A stretch of 64,000 nt of DNA from an uncultured Acidobacteriota bacterium. Lineage in GTDB: Bacteria; Acidobacteriota; Thermoanaerobaculia; Multivoradales; UBA5704. Positions 27,947 through 37,310 of this stretch are shown one piece after another; position 1 is the stretch's first letter, and the number at the start of each line of letters is the position of its first letter. A program made the position numbers and the translations under genes. The DNA is taken from contig CAVYRF010000002.1 in assembly GCA_963770895.1 (NCBI GenBank), positions 2,048,001 to 2,112,000 of the forward strand. The letters are read 5' to 3'. The notes beneath the pieces are model-generated. The model ran no database searches. It worked only from the letters and a program-made list of their open reading frames with translations, and was not told where the DNA came from.

Positions 27947-29209
27947 ATGACCGTCGCAGCCGCAGAAACCTCCGCCGCGTCGGGCTACGACCTGTCGCGG
28001 GTGCGGGCGGATTTCCCGCTGCTCGCCCATTCGTTGCACGGCAGGCCGCTGGTTTACCTGGACAACGCCGCGTCGACGCAAAAGCCGCGCGCCGTGCTGG
28101 ATGCGATCGGCGCCTGCTACCGCGACTACTACGCCAACGTCTCGCGCGGGGTGCACACCCTGTCGCACCGGGCGACCGAGGCGCGGGAGCGCGCCCGCGC
28201 CACCGTCGCCTCGTTCATCGGCGCGGCGAGCGCCGACGAAATCGTCTTCGTCCGCGGCACGACCGAGGCGATCAACCTGGTCGCCGCAAGCTACGGGCGC
28301 AGCCGGCGCGCCGGCCTCCAGGAAGGCGACGAGATCGTCGTCACCGCCATGGAGCATCACTCCAACCTGGTGCCCTGGCAGATGCTCTGCCGGGAACGCG
28401 GCGCCCGGCTGCGGGTGGCGCCGATCGACCGCCGCGGCGACCTGAACCTGGCGGCGTTCGGCCGGCTGCTGTCGCCGCGCACGCGGCTGGTGGCGGTGGC
28501 GCACGTCTCGAACGTCCTGGGCACGGTCAACCCGATCGCCCAGATCACCGCCATGGCGCACGCCCGCGGCGCCGTCGTGGTGGTGGACGGCGCCCAGGCG
28601 GCGCCTCACCTGGACGTGGACGTGGCGGCGCTGGGCTGCGACTTTTACGCCTTCTCGGCGCACAAGGTGTACGGCCCCAGCGGCATCGGCGCGCTCTACG
28701 GGCGCGCCGAGCTGCTGGCCGAGATGCCGCCCTGGCAGGGCGGCGGCGGCATGATCGAAACCGTCACCTTCCAAGGCGCCACCTACGCTCCGCCGCCCTA
28801 TCGCTTCGAGGCGGGCACCCCCAGCATCGAAGGGGCGATCGGCTTCGCCGCGGCCCTCGACTACCTGACCACCCTGGGCCTGCCGGCGGTGGCGGCGTGG
28901 GAACGGCACCTGCTGCGCCAGGCGGCTGAGCGATTGAGCGCCATCCCCGGCGTGCACCTGGTGGGCGACCCCGGCGAGCGGGCCAGCGTCCTCTCTTTCG
29001 TCGTCGACGGGGTGCACCCCCACGACGTCGCCACCGTTCTGGACGGCCTCGGCATCGCGGTGCGGGCGGGCCATCACTGTGCGCAGCCGCTGATGGAGGT
29101 GCTGGAGCTGCCTGCCACCACGCGCGCTTCCTTCGCGCTGTACAACACCAGCGACGAAGTGGAAGCGCTGGCGGCGGCGGTCGGCAGGCTGCGCGAGGTG
29201 TTCGCATGA
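27947..29209 (+). CDS. sufS: SufS cysteine desulfurase
   Basis: YLDNAASTQKP, EHHSNLVPW, FSAHKVYGP, FEAGTP, VRAGHHCAQPL. Confidence 0.96.
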   Translation: MTVAAAETSAASGYDLSRVRADFPLLAHSLHGRPLVYLDNAASTQKPRAVLDAIGACYRDYYANVSRGVHTLSHRATEARERARATVASFIGAASADEIVFVRGTTEAINLVAASYGRSRRAGLQEGDEIVVTAMEHHSNLVPWQMLCRERGARLRVAPIDRRGDLNLAAFGRLLSPRTRLVAVAHVSNVLGTVNPIAQITAMAHARGAVVVVDGAQAAPHLDVDVAALGCDFYAFSAHKVYGPSGIGALYGRAELLAEMPPWQGGGGMIETVTFQGATYAPPPYRFEAGTPSIEGAIGFAAALDYLTTLGLPAVAAWERHLLRQAAERLSAIPGVHLVGDPGERASVLSFVVDGVHPHDVATVLDGLGIAVRAGHHCAQPLMEVLELPATTRASFALYNTSDEVEALAAAVGRLREVFA

Positions 29210-29742
29210 CCGCGGGCCGCTCTGCCGGCATGGCCGGCGCCGGCGGCGCCGCGGAGCGGCAGGATGCGTTGACCGAGATGTACGGCGAGATGATCCTGGA
29301 TCACAACCGCAGGCCGCGCAACTTCGGCCGGCTCGATGCCGCCAGCCACAGCGCCCAGGGCAACAATCCGCTGTGCGGCGATCGTGTCGCCGTCTACCTG
29401 CTGCTGGACGGCGACCGCATCCAGGACATCGCTTTTGACGGCGCGGGCTGCGCCATCTCGACAGCCTCGGCCTCGATGATGACCGAAGCCCTGCGCGGCA
29501 AGCCGGTCGGCGAGGCGCGCCAGCTGTTCGAGCGCTTCCGCGCCCTGCTCACCCAGGACCCGGCCGCCACCGACCCCGACCTGGGATCGCTGATGGCGTT
29601 CGCCGGGGTTCGTCAGTATCCAATGCGCGTCAAGTGCGCGACGCTGCCGTGGCACGCCTTGGTGGCGGCCCTCGGCGCGCCGGCGGCGGGCGGCGCCGGC
29701 GCCGCAGCGGCCGCGGACCATGGCGAATCCGGCCGCGATTGA
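29206..29742 (+). CDS. sufU: SufU (NifU-like) sulfur transfer protein
   Basis: ILDH..PRNFG, NPLCGD, GCAISTASAS, RVKCATLPW. Confidence 0.93.
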   Translation: MTAGRSAGMAGAGGAAERQDALTEMYGEMILDHNRRPRNFGRLDAASHSAQGNNPLCGDRVAVYLLLDGDRIQDIAFDGAGCAISTASASMMTEALRGKPVGEARQLFERFRALLTQDPAATDPDLGSLMAFAGVRQYPMRVKCATLPWHALVAALGAPAAGGAGAAAAADHGESGRD

Positions 29743-30259
29743 AGCACCTGGCGCCGGCGGCGGCGCCTCCAGCAAGGAGACAGCGATGGAAGAGCAAAGC
29801 GCAACAGCAGCACCACCACTGCCGGGCGCACCGGTGCCGGCGCCGGCAAGCGATGCCGGGATGGCGGAGCAGATCGCGGCGCCCTCGCCGGGCGCGGCGG
29901 AGCCGGCCCTGGATGCCGCGACGGCGAAGCCAGCCGCCGCATCTCCCGCGGGCGAAGATGCCGTCGAGCTGAGCATCGTCGAAGCGCTCAAGACGGTGTT
30001 CGATCCCGAGATCCCGGTCAACATCTACGAGATGGGTCTGATCTATGACCTGCACGTCGCGCCGGACGGCCAGGTGCAGATCAAGATGACGCTGACCTCG
30101 CCCGCCTGCCCGGTCGCCGGCTCGCTGCCGGGAGAGGTGAAGACCAAGGTCGAGGCGGTGCCCGGAGTGGTCGCGGCCGACGTCGAGCTGGTGTGGGACC
30201 CGGTGTGGAATCCCTCGATGATGTCGGAGGCGGCGCGGCTCGAGCTCGGCATGTTCTGA
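29720..30259 (+). CDS. sufT: DUF59/SufT Fe-S maturation protein
   Basis: VFDPEIPVNIYEMGLIY, MTLTSPACP, ELVWDP.W...MMSEAARLELG. Start may be 29786. Confidence 0.88.
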   Translation: MANPAAIEAPGAGGGASSKETAMEEQSATAAPPLPGAPVPAPASDAGMAEQIAAPSPGAAEPALDAATAKPAAASPAGEDAVELSIVEALKTVFDPEIPVNIYEMGLIYDLHVAPDGQVQIKMTLTSPACPVAGSLPGEVKTKVEAVPGVVAADVELVWDPVWNPSMMSEAARLELGMF

Positions 30260-30332
30260 ACCGGCTGTGGCATAGTTGTCGTGGCCGCGCGGCGCTTGGG
30301 CGCGAGCGGCCGGCGGAGGAGCAGGAACCTGT

Positions 30333-31025
30333 ATGAGATCTCCCTTGCGTCACCTCGCATCGGCGCTGGGCCTGGCCGCCCTGTTGCTGGTGCTCGTGCC
30401 AGCCGGGCGCGCCAGTGCGCAAAGCACCGACGAAGACTTCCACTACCACTGGCAGCTGCGCAACGTCGTGGGCGTCATCCTCGGTTTTTTCTTTCCTCGC
30501 CAGGGCAACGGCGAGCTGGCGTTCAAGCTGCAAAAAGACGGGCATCTGCGCGGCGAGCTGATGATCACCTCGCCCGAGAGCCGCGAAGGCGAATACTGGC
30601 GCTACGGTTCCGAGATCGATCCGCGCACCCTGCAGCCGATCCGGGTGTGGAGCTCCTACCAGTGGCGCGGCAAATCCAAATCGAAAACGGACGAGGTGGA
30701 TCAAAAGGGGGTGCTCGACATTTCGTGCGCCATCTACTCGATCCGCCACGCGCCGCCGCACCAGGCCACGGACATGGAAATCTGGTCGGACGGCAAGATC
30801 TATCCGGTGACGGTGTTCCCGATGGGCGACGAGGTGCGGCAGGTCTCCGATCGCAACGTCGAGACCCGCCACTTCGCGATCCGCGGCCGCGATCTGCCGG
30901 ATCGCCGCCACTGGACGGCCAAGGTCGATTTCTGGCTGTCCAAGGACGCGATCGCCACGCCGGTGGAAATCCAGATCTCGCGCAACCTGGCCGACGTGAA
31001 GCTGGAGCTGCTGCCCAACGCATGA
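30333..31025 (+). CDS. Exported hypothetical protein (possibly DUF3108-like)
   Basis: Signal peptide ending ASA-Q, beta-rich, C-terminal FWLSKD...PVEI pattern; coding-like codon usage. Confidence 0.55.
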   Translation: MRSPLRHLASALGLAALLLVLVPAGRASAQSTDEDFHYHWQLRNVVGVILGFFFPRQGNGELAFKLQKDGHLRGELMITSPESREGEYWRYGSEIDPRTLQPIRVWSSYQWRGKSKSKTDEVDQKGVLDISCAIYSIRHAPPHQATDMEIWSDGKIYPVTVFPMGDEVRQVSDRNVETRHFAIRGRDLPDRRHWTAKVDFWLSKDAIATPVEIQISRNLADVKLELLPNA

Positions 31026-31073
31026 AGCTGCCGCCGGCGACTGCCGGCACTTTCGACTGAAGGAGGAGCTGCC

Positions 31074-31709
31074 ATGAAGCAAGCGCAACGTGGTTGGATT
31101 GTCCTCGCCACGGTGGTGTCGGCCGGCCTGATGCTTGCCGGTTGCGGCTCCACCGCCACCGGCACGTCCAGCGCCTCGGCCGGCGGCGACAAATCGATGG
31201 GCTCCGCCAAAATGGCCGCGGGCGGCGGCGGTCAGGTCGCCCGCGCGGTGTTGCAGCCGGGCGCCGACACCCCCGGATTCTCGGGCACCGTCACCTTCAC
31301 CCAGCAGGGCGACCAGGTGCACGTGGTGGCGGACCTGGCGGGAGTCTCGCCGGCCGGCAACCACGGCTTCCATATTCACGAAAACGGCAAGTGCGAACGC
31401 GATCCGGCCGGCAAGCATTTCACCACCGCCGGCGGCCACTTCAATCCCGGCGGCGTACCGCACGCCTGTCCCGACGCGTCCCAGCACCACGCCGGCGACC
31501 TGGGCAACGTGGTGATCCAGGCCGATGGCACCGGCCATGTCGACATCACCACCTCCCAGCTGTCGCTCACCGGTCCCAATTCGGTGATCGGCAGGGCGGT
31601 CATTCTGCACGCCGGCGTGGACGACTGCACCAGCCAACCCTCGGGCAACGCCGGCGGCCGGCTGGCATGCGGCGTGATCACGGCGCCGGCGGCGGCCTCG
31701 GGACACTGA
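31074..31709 (+). CDS. sodC: Cu/Zn superoxide dismutase, lipoprotein
   Basis: Lipobox LAGC, HGFHIH, GGHFNP, HHAGDLGN, AVILHA, RLACGVI; AGGAGG RBS. Confidence 0.93.
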   Translation: MKQAQRGWIVLATVVSAGLMLAGCGSTATGTSSASAGGDKSMGSAKMAAGGGGQVARAVLQPGADTPGFSGTVTFTQQGDQVHVVADLAGVSPAGNHGFHIHENGKCERDPAGKHFTTAGGHFNPGGVPHACPDASQHHAGDLGNVVIQADGTGHVDITTSQLSLTGPNSVIGRAVILHAGVDDCTSQPSGNAGGRLACGVITAPAAASGH

Positions 31710-31758
31710 TCGCGCTGCCGCTGCCGCCACCGCGGCAGGCGTCCAAGGATTGCGCACC

Positions 31759-33501
31759 ATGAGACACCCCGCCTCCCAGCGGGAGCTGTGGGCGACGCTC
31801 GTGCCGACGGCGGGCGCGCTGGTGGCGCTCGCCGCGGCGGCGAGCGCCCGCGGCCTGTCCGACCTCGACCGGCTGGGCGGCTCGTGGGCCAGCTTCGGCG
31901 GCCCGGCGTGGGCGCTGGCGCTCCTGGCGGTCGGCGCCGCCGGTGCCTTCCACCGGCCCTTCAATCGCTCCACCCTGGCGCTGGGCGCGGCAACCCTCGC
32001 GCCGGCGGTGCTGCTCTTCGGCGTCGCCGGCGCCGGCGGGCTGGCCGGCATGTCGCTGCTGACCGCGGAGATCGGCTGGCGCCTGGTGCGCAATCTGGGG
32101 GTGGTGACGCTGCCGGACCGGCGCCGCCTGCTGCGCAGCCTGGAAGCGGCGGGGCAAGCGGTGTGGGCGGCGCTCGCCGCCGGGGCGGCCTGGGCGGGGC
32201 TGGCGCGCCTGCGGCCGGCGGCCGGCCTGCCGGCGCGCGTGGCCGTGGCGGCCGCCGCCTACCTGGTGGTCTGGCTGGTCCTGCTGGCGGTCGAGCAGAA
32301 GCTGCGGCGTCCGGACCAGGCGCTGCGGCCGAAGCTGGCGCTGCCCCTGGTGGCCGACGTCGGCGGCTGGCTGGCCGGCGCCGGCGTGGCGCTCACCGGC
32401 GTGCGCGCCGGGTGGGGCATCGCCGCGCTGGTCCTCACCGCTTTTCTGCTGGTGGCGCTGGAGGCCGGCCGCAACGGCTTCCTGCTCGCCAAGGCGCGGC
32501 GGCGCGCCGGCGACCTGGAGCGGCTGCGCCGCGCCGGCACGCGCATGACGACGCCCGAACAGGAGATGGCCGGCGTTGCCGAGCGCATCCTGGCCGAATG
32601 TGAGGTGGTGAAGTTTCAGTGGTACCAGTTCGAGACCCTCACTCCGGGCAGCGAATTCAAGAGCTGGTGGGCGGGGCCCGACCGCGAGCTGCACGAAGGC
32701 GTGCCGGAGCCGGACCTGTACCCGCCGGCCCTGCCCGGATTTCACCGCCGGTCCAACTGGCAGGTGCAGGAGCGGCAGCTGCGGGGCGAAGGCGGCCTCC
32801 TGGCCCGTCTGCGGCTGTGGTGCGACCCGCGGCTGGTCGAGCCGCCGACGATCCAGATGCTCGATCGGCTGCTGCCGCAGATGACCGCTTCGGTGCGCCG
32901 CTGCCTGCTGGATCGCGAAGCGCGCGAAGACCCGCTCACCGGGCTGGCGATGCGGCGCGTGCTCGAAAAGAGCATGCACGAAGCGCACGCGCGGGCGATC
33001 GACGAAGGCGGCAACCTGGCGGTGGTGCTGTGCGACCTGGATCACTTCAAGCGCATCAACGACACCTATGGCCATTCCGCGGGTGACGCCGCGCTGGTCG
33101 CGGTCAGCGCCTTGCTCAAGCAGGAGCGCCGCGAAGGCGACGTGTGCTGCCGCTACGGCGGCGAGGAGTTCGTGCTGCTGATGCCGCGCGCCGACGGCCA
33201 GGCCGCCCTGGCCTTCGCCGAGGGCCTGCGCGCCCGCGTCGAGGCGCTGCGCTTCGAGGTCGACGGCACGGCCGTGCCGCTGACGCTGTCCGCCGGCGCC
33301 GCCTGTTTCCCCGAGCTGTACATCAAGACCGCCGCGGAGCTGCTGCTGTTCGCCGACGAAGCCCTCTACGAGGCCAAGCGAACCGGCCGCAACCGCTGCC
33401 TGCTCGACCTGGGCCAGGGCCGCTATCTCGACGTCGCCGGCAGCGTGCATGCCGTCGAAGAAACGCCGCCGGCCGCCGTCGCGCCGCGCATCTTCGCCTG
33501 A
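31759..33501 (+). CDS. Membrane-bound diguanylate cyclase
   Basis: Multi-TM N-terminus, DPLTGL, DLDHFKRINDTYGH, RxxD (REGD), RYGGEEF, ADEALYEAK..GRN. Confidence 0.9.
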   Translation: MRHPASQRELWATLVPTAGALVALAAAASARGLSDLDRLGGSWASFGGPAWALALLAVGAAGAFHRPFNRSTLALGAATLAPAVLLFGVAGAGGLAGMSLLTAEIGWRLVRNLGVVTLPDRRRLLRSLEAAGQAVWAALAAGAAWAGLARLRPAAGLPARVAVAAAAYLVVWLVLLAVEQKLRRPDQALRPKLALPLVADVGGWLAGAGVALTGVRAGWGIAALVLTAFLLVALEAGRNGFLLAKARRRAGDLERLRRAGTRMTTPEQEMAGVAERILAECEVVKFQWYQFETLTPGSEFKSWWAGPDRELHEGVPEPDLYPPALPGFHRRSNWQVQERQLRGEGGLLARLRLWCDPRLVEPPTIQMLDRLLPQMTASVRRCLLDREAREDPLTGLAMRRVLEKSMHEAHARAIDEGGNLAVVLCDLDHFKRINDTYGHSAGDAALVAVSALLKQERREGDVCCRYGGEEFVLLMPRADGQAALAFAEGLRARVEALRFEVDGTAVPLTLSAGAACFPELYIKTAAELLLFADEALYEAKRTGRNRCLLDLGQGRYLDVAGSVHAVEETPPAAVAPRIFA

Positions 33502-33528
33502 CCCGGCCCATCCGCAAGCGCCACCCCG

Positions 33529-35121
33529 ATGCATCCGTTCCGCTGGCAGTGGCTGGACAGCGTTTTGGTGGCGGTGGTGGTGGCGCTCGCCGCGATGCTC
33601 GCCACGTACCGCCTGGGGTCGCGCGCCCTGCTCGGCGACGAGGCCATCTATGCCAACGTCGGGCGCCAGGCGGCGGTGCATGGGCACTGGTATCCGCTGG
33701 TCGGCCGCCACGGCACGTACTTCCTCAACAAGCAGCCGTTCGCCCTGTGGCCGGTGGCGATCTCGTTCCGGCTGCTGGGCGTGAACGAGACGGCGGACCG
33801 CCTGCCGTCGGCGCTGTGCGCCGTGGCGGTGGCGGCCCTGGTGTACGGCTTCGCCGCCTGGCTGCTGAACCGCTGGGCGGCCTTCCTGGCGGCGGCGCTG
33901 CTGGCGTCGTGCCGCCCGTGGCTCTTCCGGCACGGCGCCCGCGACGGCGTGGCCGATTCGCTGCTGACGCTGCTGGTCGCCGGCGGGCTGCTGCTCTACC
34001 TGCGATTCCGTTCGACCGGCCGGCGCCGCTGGCTGCTCGCGGCGGGGGTCTGCGCGGCGGCCACCGGTCTGATCAAGGGGGCGCTGGGGCCGGCGATGCT
34101 GCTCGCCATCACCCTGCTGTGGGAGCTGCTGTGCCGGGTCGCGCCGCCGCCCGCCGCCGTCGCCGGCCTCGGCGACGCCGTGGCGGCAGACGCCAGCCCG
34201 CCGCCGGCAAGGGCGCGCGCGGCGGCGGTGGTGGCGGCGCCGCTGGCGCTGGGCTGCATGGGCATGACCGGCTACCTGGCCTGGTGCGCCGACATGGCGC
34301 GCCGGCACGTGGGGCTGGCCCACCGGACGTATGAAGACATCGTGGTGCGGGCGACCGTCGGTCTTTCGCCCTACCACGTGCACGACGCCTGGTACTACCC
34401 GGACGTGCTGCGCGAAGCCTTCGGCCACTGGTGGATCGGGTTGCTGCCCGCGGGCCTGGTCCTGGCCGGACTGTGGCGCGCCGGCGGCGCCAGGGCGCGC
34501 GCCATGCTGATGGTCGTGGTATGGCCCCTGGTGGTGATCGGGGGCATGTCGCTTTCGGTGTCGACTCTCAACTGGTATCTCTATCCCGCGATGCCCGCCA
34601 TCGCCATCCTGCTGGCCGCCGGCTGGAGCGAGCTCGCCCGGCGGCTGGCGCGCTGGCCGCCGGCGCGCGCCGCGCTGCTCTGCGCCGTCGCCGTCCTGCT
34701 GGGCCTGCGGGTGACGTATGCCTGGCGGACCCTGGCGGAGTCGGTGCACGTGAGCCAGATGCAGCGGTTCGTGCAAGCCGTCCGGCAGATGCCGGGAGCG
34801 CGGCTGTACGTGGACATGGCGGCCGGCAACGTGATCCGTGAGTGGAACGCCTTCTACCTCAGCCTGCTCGAAGACGTCTGGAAGCCGGTGCCGCCGGCGC
34901 GGGCTCCCGGCGGGTGCGACCTGGTATACACCTACCGCATGCCGGAGATCGCCGCCCGCCCAGGGTTTGCGCATGCCGTGCTGATCCCGGTCGAGCACCT
35001 GGCACCGATGGAAGAAGGTCTGTACATCATGGACTTCTGCGGCGGCGAAATGGCGCGCCGCCTGCAGGCGGCCAGTCCCAAGGCGGTCGCTGGCATTGCC
35101 GGTTCGCGAGCCGGCGGGTGA
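33529..35121 (+). CDS. ArnT/PMT-like GT-C glycosyltransferase
   Basis: GDEAIY, NKQP, FRLLGVNETADRLPS, LIKG; many TMs. Confidence 0.8.
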   Translation: MHPFRWQWLDSVLVAVVVALAAMLATYRLGSRALLGDEAIYANVGRQAAVHGHWYPLVGRHGTYFLNKQPFALWPVAISFRLLGVNETADRLPSALCAVAVAALVYGFAAWLLNRWAAFLAAALLASCRPWLFRHGARDGVADSLLTLLVAGGLLLYLRFRSTGRRRWLLAAGVCAAATGLIKGALGPAMLLAITLLWELLCRVAPPPAAVAGLGDAVAADASPPPARARAAAVVAAPLALGCMGMTGYLAWCADMARRHVGLAHRTYEDIVVRATVGLSPYHVHDAWYYPDVLREAFGHWWIGLLPAGLVLAGLWRAGGARARAMLMVVVWPLVVIGGMSLSVSTLNWYLYPAMPAIAILLAAGWSELARRLARWPPARAALLCAVAVLLGLRVTYAWRTLAESVHVSQMQRFVQAVRQMPGARLYVDMAAGNVIREWNAFYLSLLEDVWKPVPPARAPGGCDLVYTYRMPEIAARPGFAHAVLIPVEHLAPMEEGLYIMDFCGGEMARRLQAASPKAVAGIAGSRAGG

Positions 35122-35146
35122 ATCGGCGGAGGGGAAGGGTATCTCC

Positions 35147-36391
35147 ATGGACGACGCAAAGGTTCGAGCCTGGTGGGCGGCGCGACAGGGGTTGGACGGG
35201 AGCCTGGCGGGACGGTCGCCGGCGGCGGTGCTGGAGGCCGCGGGTTGGGCACGGTCGGTGGGCGGGGGCGGACCGTACGTCGGACTGTTCGCTCGCTGCG
35301 GCGCCGGGCGGGCCGCGGTGGACCAGGCCGTGGCGCAGCTCGCGGTCCACGAGCTGCCGAGCGCGCGCGGCTGTACCTACGTGGTGCCTGCCGCCCACTT
35401 CGGGCTGGCGCTGCGGGCCGGACAGAGCTTCGGCGCCGAGCCCGAAATGAAGGTGGCGCGCAAGCTGGGCGTCACCGATGCCGAGATCGATCGCCTGTGC
35501 GCCGCGGTCCTGGCCGCGCTCGAGGCGGCGCCGCTGGTGCCGGAGGAGCTGCGCGCCGCGGTCGGCGGCGCCGCCCGCAGCCTGGGGGAAGAGGGCAAGA
35601 AGAAAGGGCTGTCGACGACGCTGCCGATCGCCCTGGGGTCCCTCCAGGCGGCCGGCGAGATCCGGCGCATCTCGACCAATGGGCGGCTCGACAACCAGCG
35701 CTACCGCTACGCGCTGTGGCGGCCGAACCCTCTGGAGGCGCCGGACGTGCCGTCGCCGGATCAGTGGCTGGCGGTGCTGGCCGAGCGCTATTGGAGCTGG
35801 ATCGGCCCGGCACGGCTGGCGGACTTCCGCGTCTTTGCCGGGGCGACCGTCAAGGCGGCCAAGGCGGCGGTCGAGCCGCTGGGGCTGGCGCCGTTACCGC
35901 AGGCCGCGGCCGGCGACGAGCGCCTGGTCCTGCCGCACCAGGCGGCGGAGATCGCGGAGCTCGCGGTGCCCGAGGCGCCGCGCTACTCGCTGGTCAGCGC
36001 CCTGGATACTCTCCTGTTGCTGCAAGGCGTCCGGTCGCTCCTGGCGCCCCAGGATTGGGAGCGCCCGGTGCCCACCGTCAAGGGCAGCGTCGCGGCCGGG
36101 GGTCTCACGGAAACCCTCCACCATGCGATCCTCGACCGCGGCCGGCTGATCGGCCTGTGGGACTACGATCCACAGGCGGGCCAGGTGGTGTGGTTCTGCT
36201 TTGCCGGTACGGTTGCCGGCGCCGCCGCGGCGGCGGCCTTGCGTCAGCAGGTGGCCGCGACCGAAACGATGATCCGCGAGCAGCTGCAGGACCTGCGCAC
36301 CTTCAGCCTGGACAGCCCCGCCAGCCGCCAGCCGCGCCTGGCGGCCTTGCGCGCCGCGCAGGCGGCGAGCGGTGGCGGCCCAGGCGGATAG
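35147..36391 (+). CDS. Winged-helix (HTH_42, AlkZ/YcaQ-like) protein
   Basis: PYVGLFAR, SARGCTYVV, ERYWSWIGPARLADF, ILDRGRLIGLW. Confidence 0.7.
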   Translation: MDDAKVRAWWAARQGLDGSLAGRSPAAVLEAAGWARSVGGGGPYVGLFARCGAGRAAVDQAVAQLAVHELPSARGCTYVVPAAHFGLALRAGQSFGAEPEMKVARKLGVTDAEIDRLCAAVLAALEAAPLVPEELRAAVGGAARSLGEEGKKKGLSTTLPIALGSLQAAGEIRRISTNGRLDNQRYRYALWRPNPLEAPDVPSPDQWLAVLAERYWSWIGPARLADFRVFAGATVKAAKAAVEPLGLAPLPQAAAGDERLVLPHQAAEIAELAVPEAPRYSLVSALDTLLLLQGVRSLLAPQDWERPVPTVKGSVAAGGLTETLHHAILDRGRLIGLWDYDPQAGQVVWFCFAGTVAGAAAAAALRQQVAATETMIREQLQDLRTFSLDSPASRQPRLAALRAAQAASGGGPGG

Positions 36392-36458
36392 GCGCCCGCC
36401 ATGGCGGCTCCGCCTTCCGTTGGTAGGATCGCGGGGACGCGTCCACCTCAGAGGAGAG

Positions 36459-37310
36459 ATGCTGATGACACGAAGCAAAGAGCAATCGGTGCGGAGGGCG
36501 GTCCGGGCCTGTGTTCTGTCGGGGACGTGCCTGACGCTGGCGGCGCTCGGCGCCGCTCCGGGCCGCGGCGCCGAGCCGCAGCACCCGAGCCTCGCGGGCT
36601 CGTGGGTGTTCAATGCGCAGCTGACGGCGAATCTGGCCAAGGACCAGCAGGCGGACTCCGGCACGACCGACGATGCCCTGGGCGACAAGGGGCACCACCA
36701 TTCGGGCATGGGAGGGGGACAGGGGCCGCAGGGCGACATGGACGTGGGCAGCGGCACCGGCAAGAAAGCCAAGCCCGAAGACGACGAAAAGAAGAGCCAG
36801 AGCGCGCTGTTCGAGGCGCTCGACACCTTGACCATCGCGCAGCAGCCCGGCCAGGTCACCATCACCGACCGCACCGGCCACGCCCGCGTGCTGAAAACCG
36901 ATGGCAGCAAGGTGCGCGACGCGTCCGGTCCGGGCGGCGGCGCCGACTTGCGGGCCGGCTGGAACAAGGACAACGACCTGGACGTGCAGGTGAAACCCGA
37001 CAAGGGATCCAAGCGCACCGAGTCGTACGCCGTGTCCCACGACGGCAAGCACCTCTACCTCACGTTCACCAACAGCCGCTTCGTCAAAACGATCCGCGCC
37101 TACGACGTGGCGCCGGCCACGACCGGCACTGCCGGGGCGCCGGCCGACCCCGCCGCGTCCGCGGTGCCGGCACCATCGTCACCGCCCGCTGCCGCGCCGC
37201 CGCCCACATCCACGCCGCCGCCCGCCGCCGCTCCGGCGGTGCCGCCGCCCGGCGCGGCGCCAGGGGAGCGTCAGGTGGCACAAGGGGCGCTGGTCGAGGG
37301 CCACTACTAG
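36459..37310 (+). CDS. Exported hypothetical protein
   Basis: GAGGAG RBS, signal peptide, lipocalin-like LAGSW start, Gly-rich insert, Pro/Ala tail. Confidence 0.6.
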   Translation: MLMTRSKEQSVRRAVRACVLSGTCLTLAALGAAPGRGAEPQHPSLAGSWVFNAQLTANLAKDQQADSGTTDDALGDKGHHHSGMGGGQGPQGDMDVGSGTGKKAKPEDDEKKSQSALFEALDTLTIAQQPGQVTITDRTGHARVLKTDGSKVRDASGPGGGADLRAGWNKDNDLDVQVKPDKGSKRTESYAVSHDGKHLYLTFTNSRFVKTIRAYDVAPATTGTAGAPADPAASAVPAPSSPPAAAPPPTSTPPPAAAPAVPPPGAAPGERQVAQGALVEGHY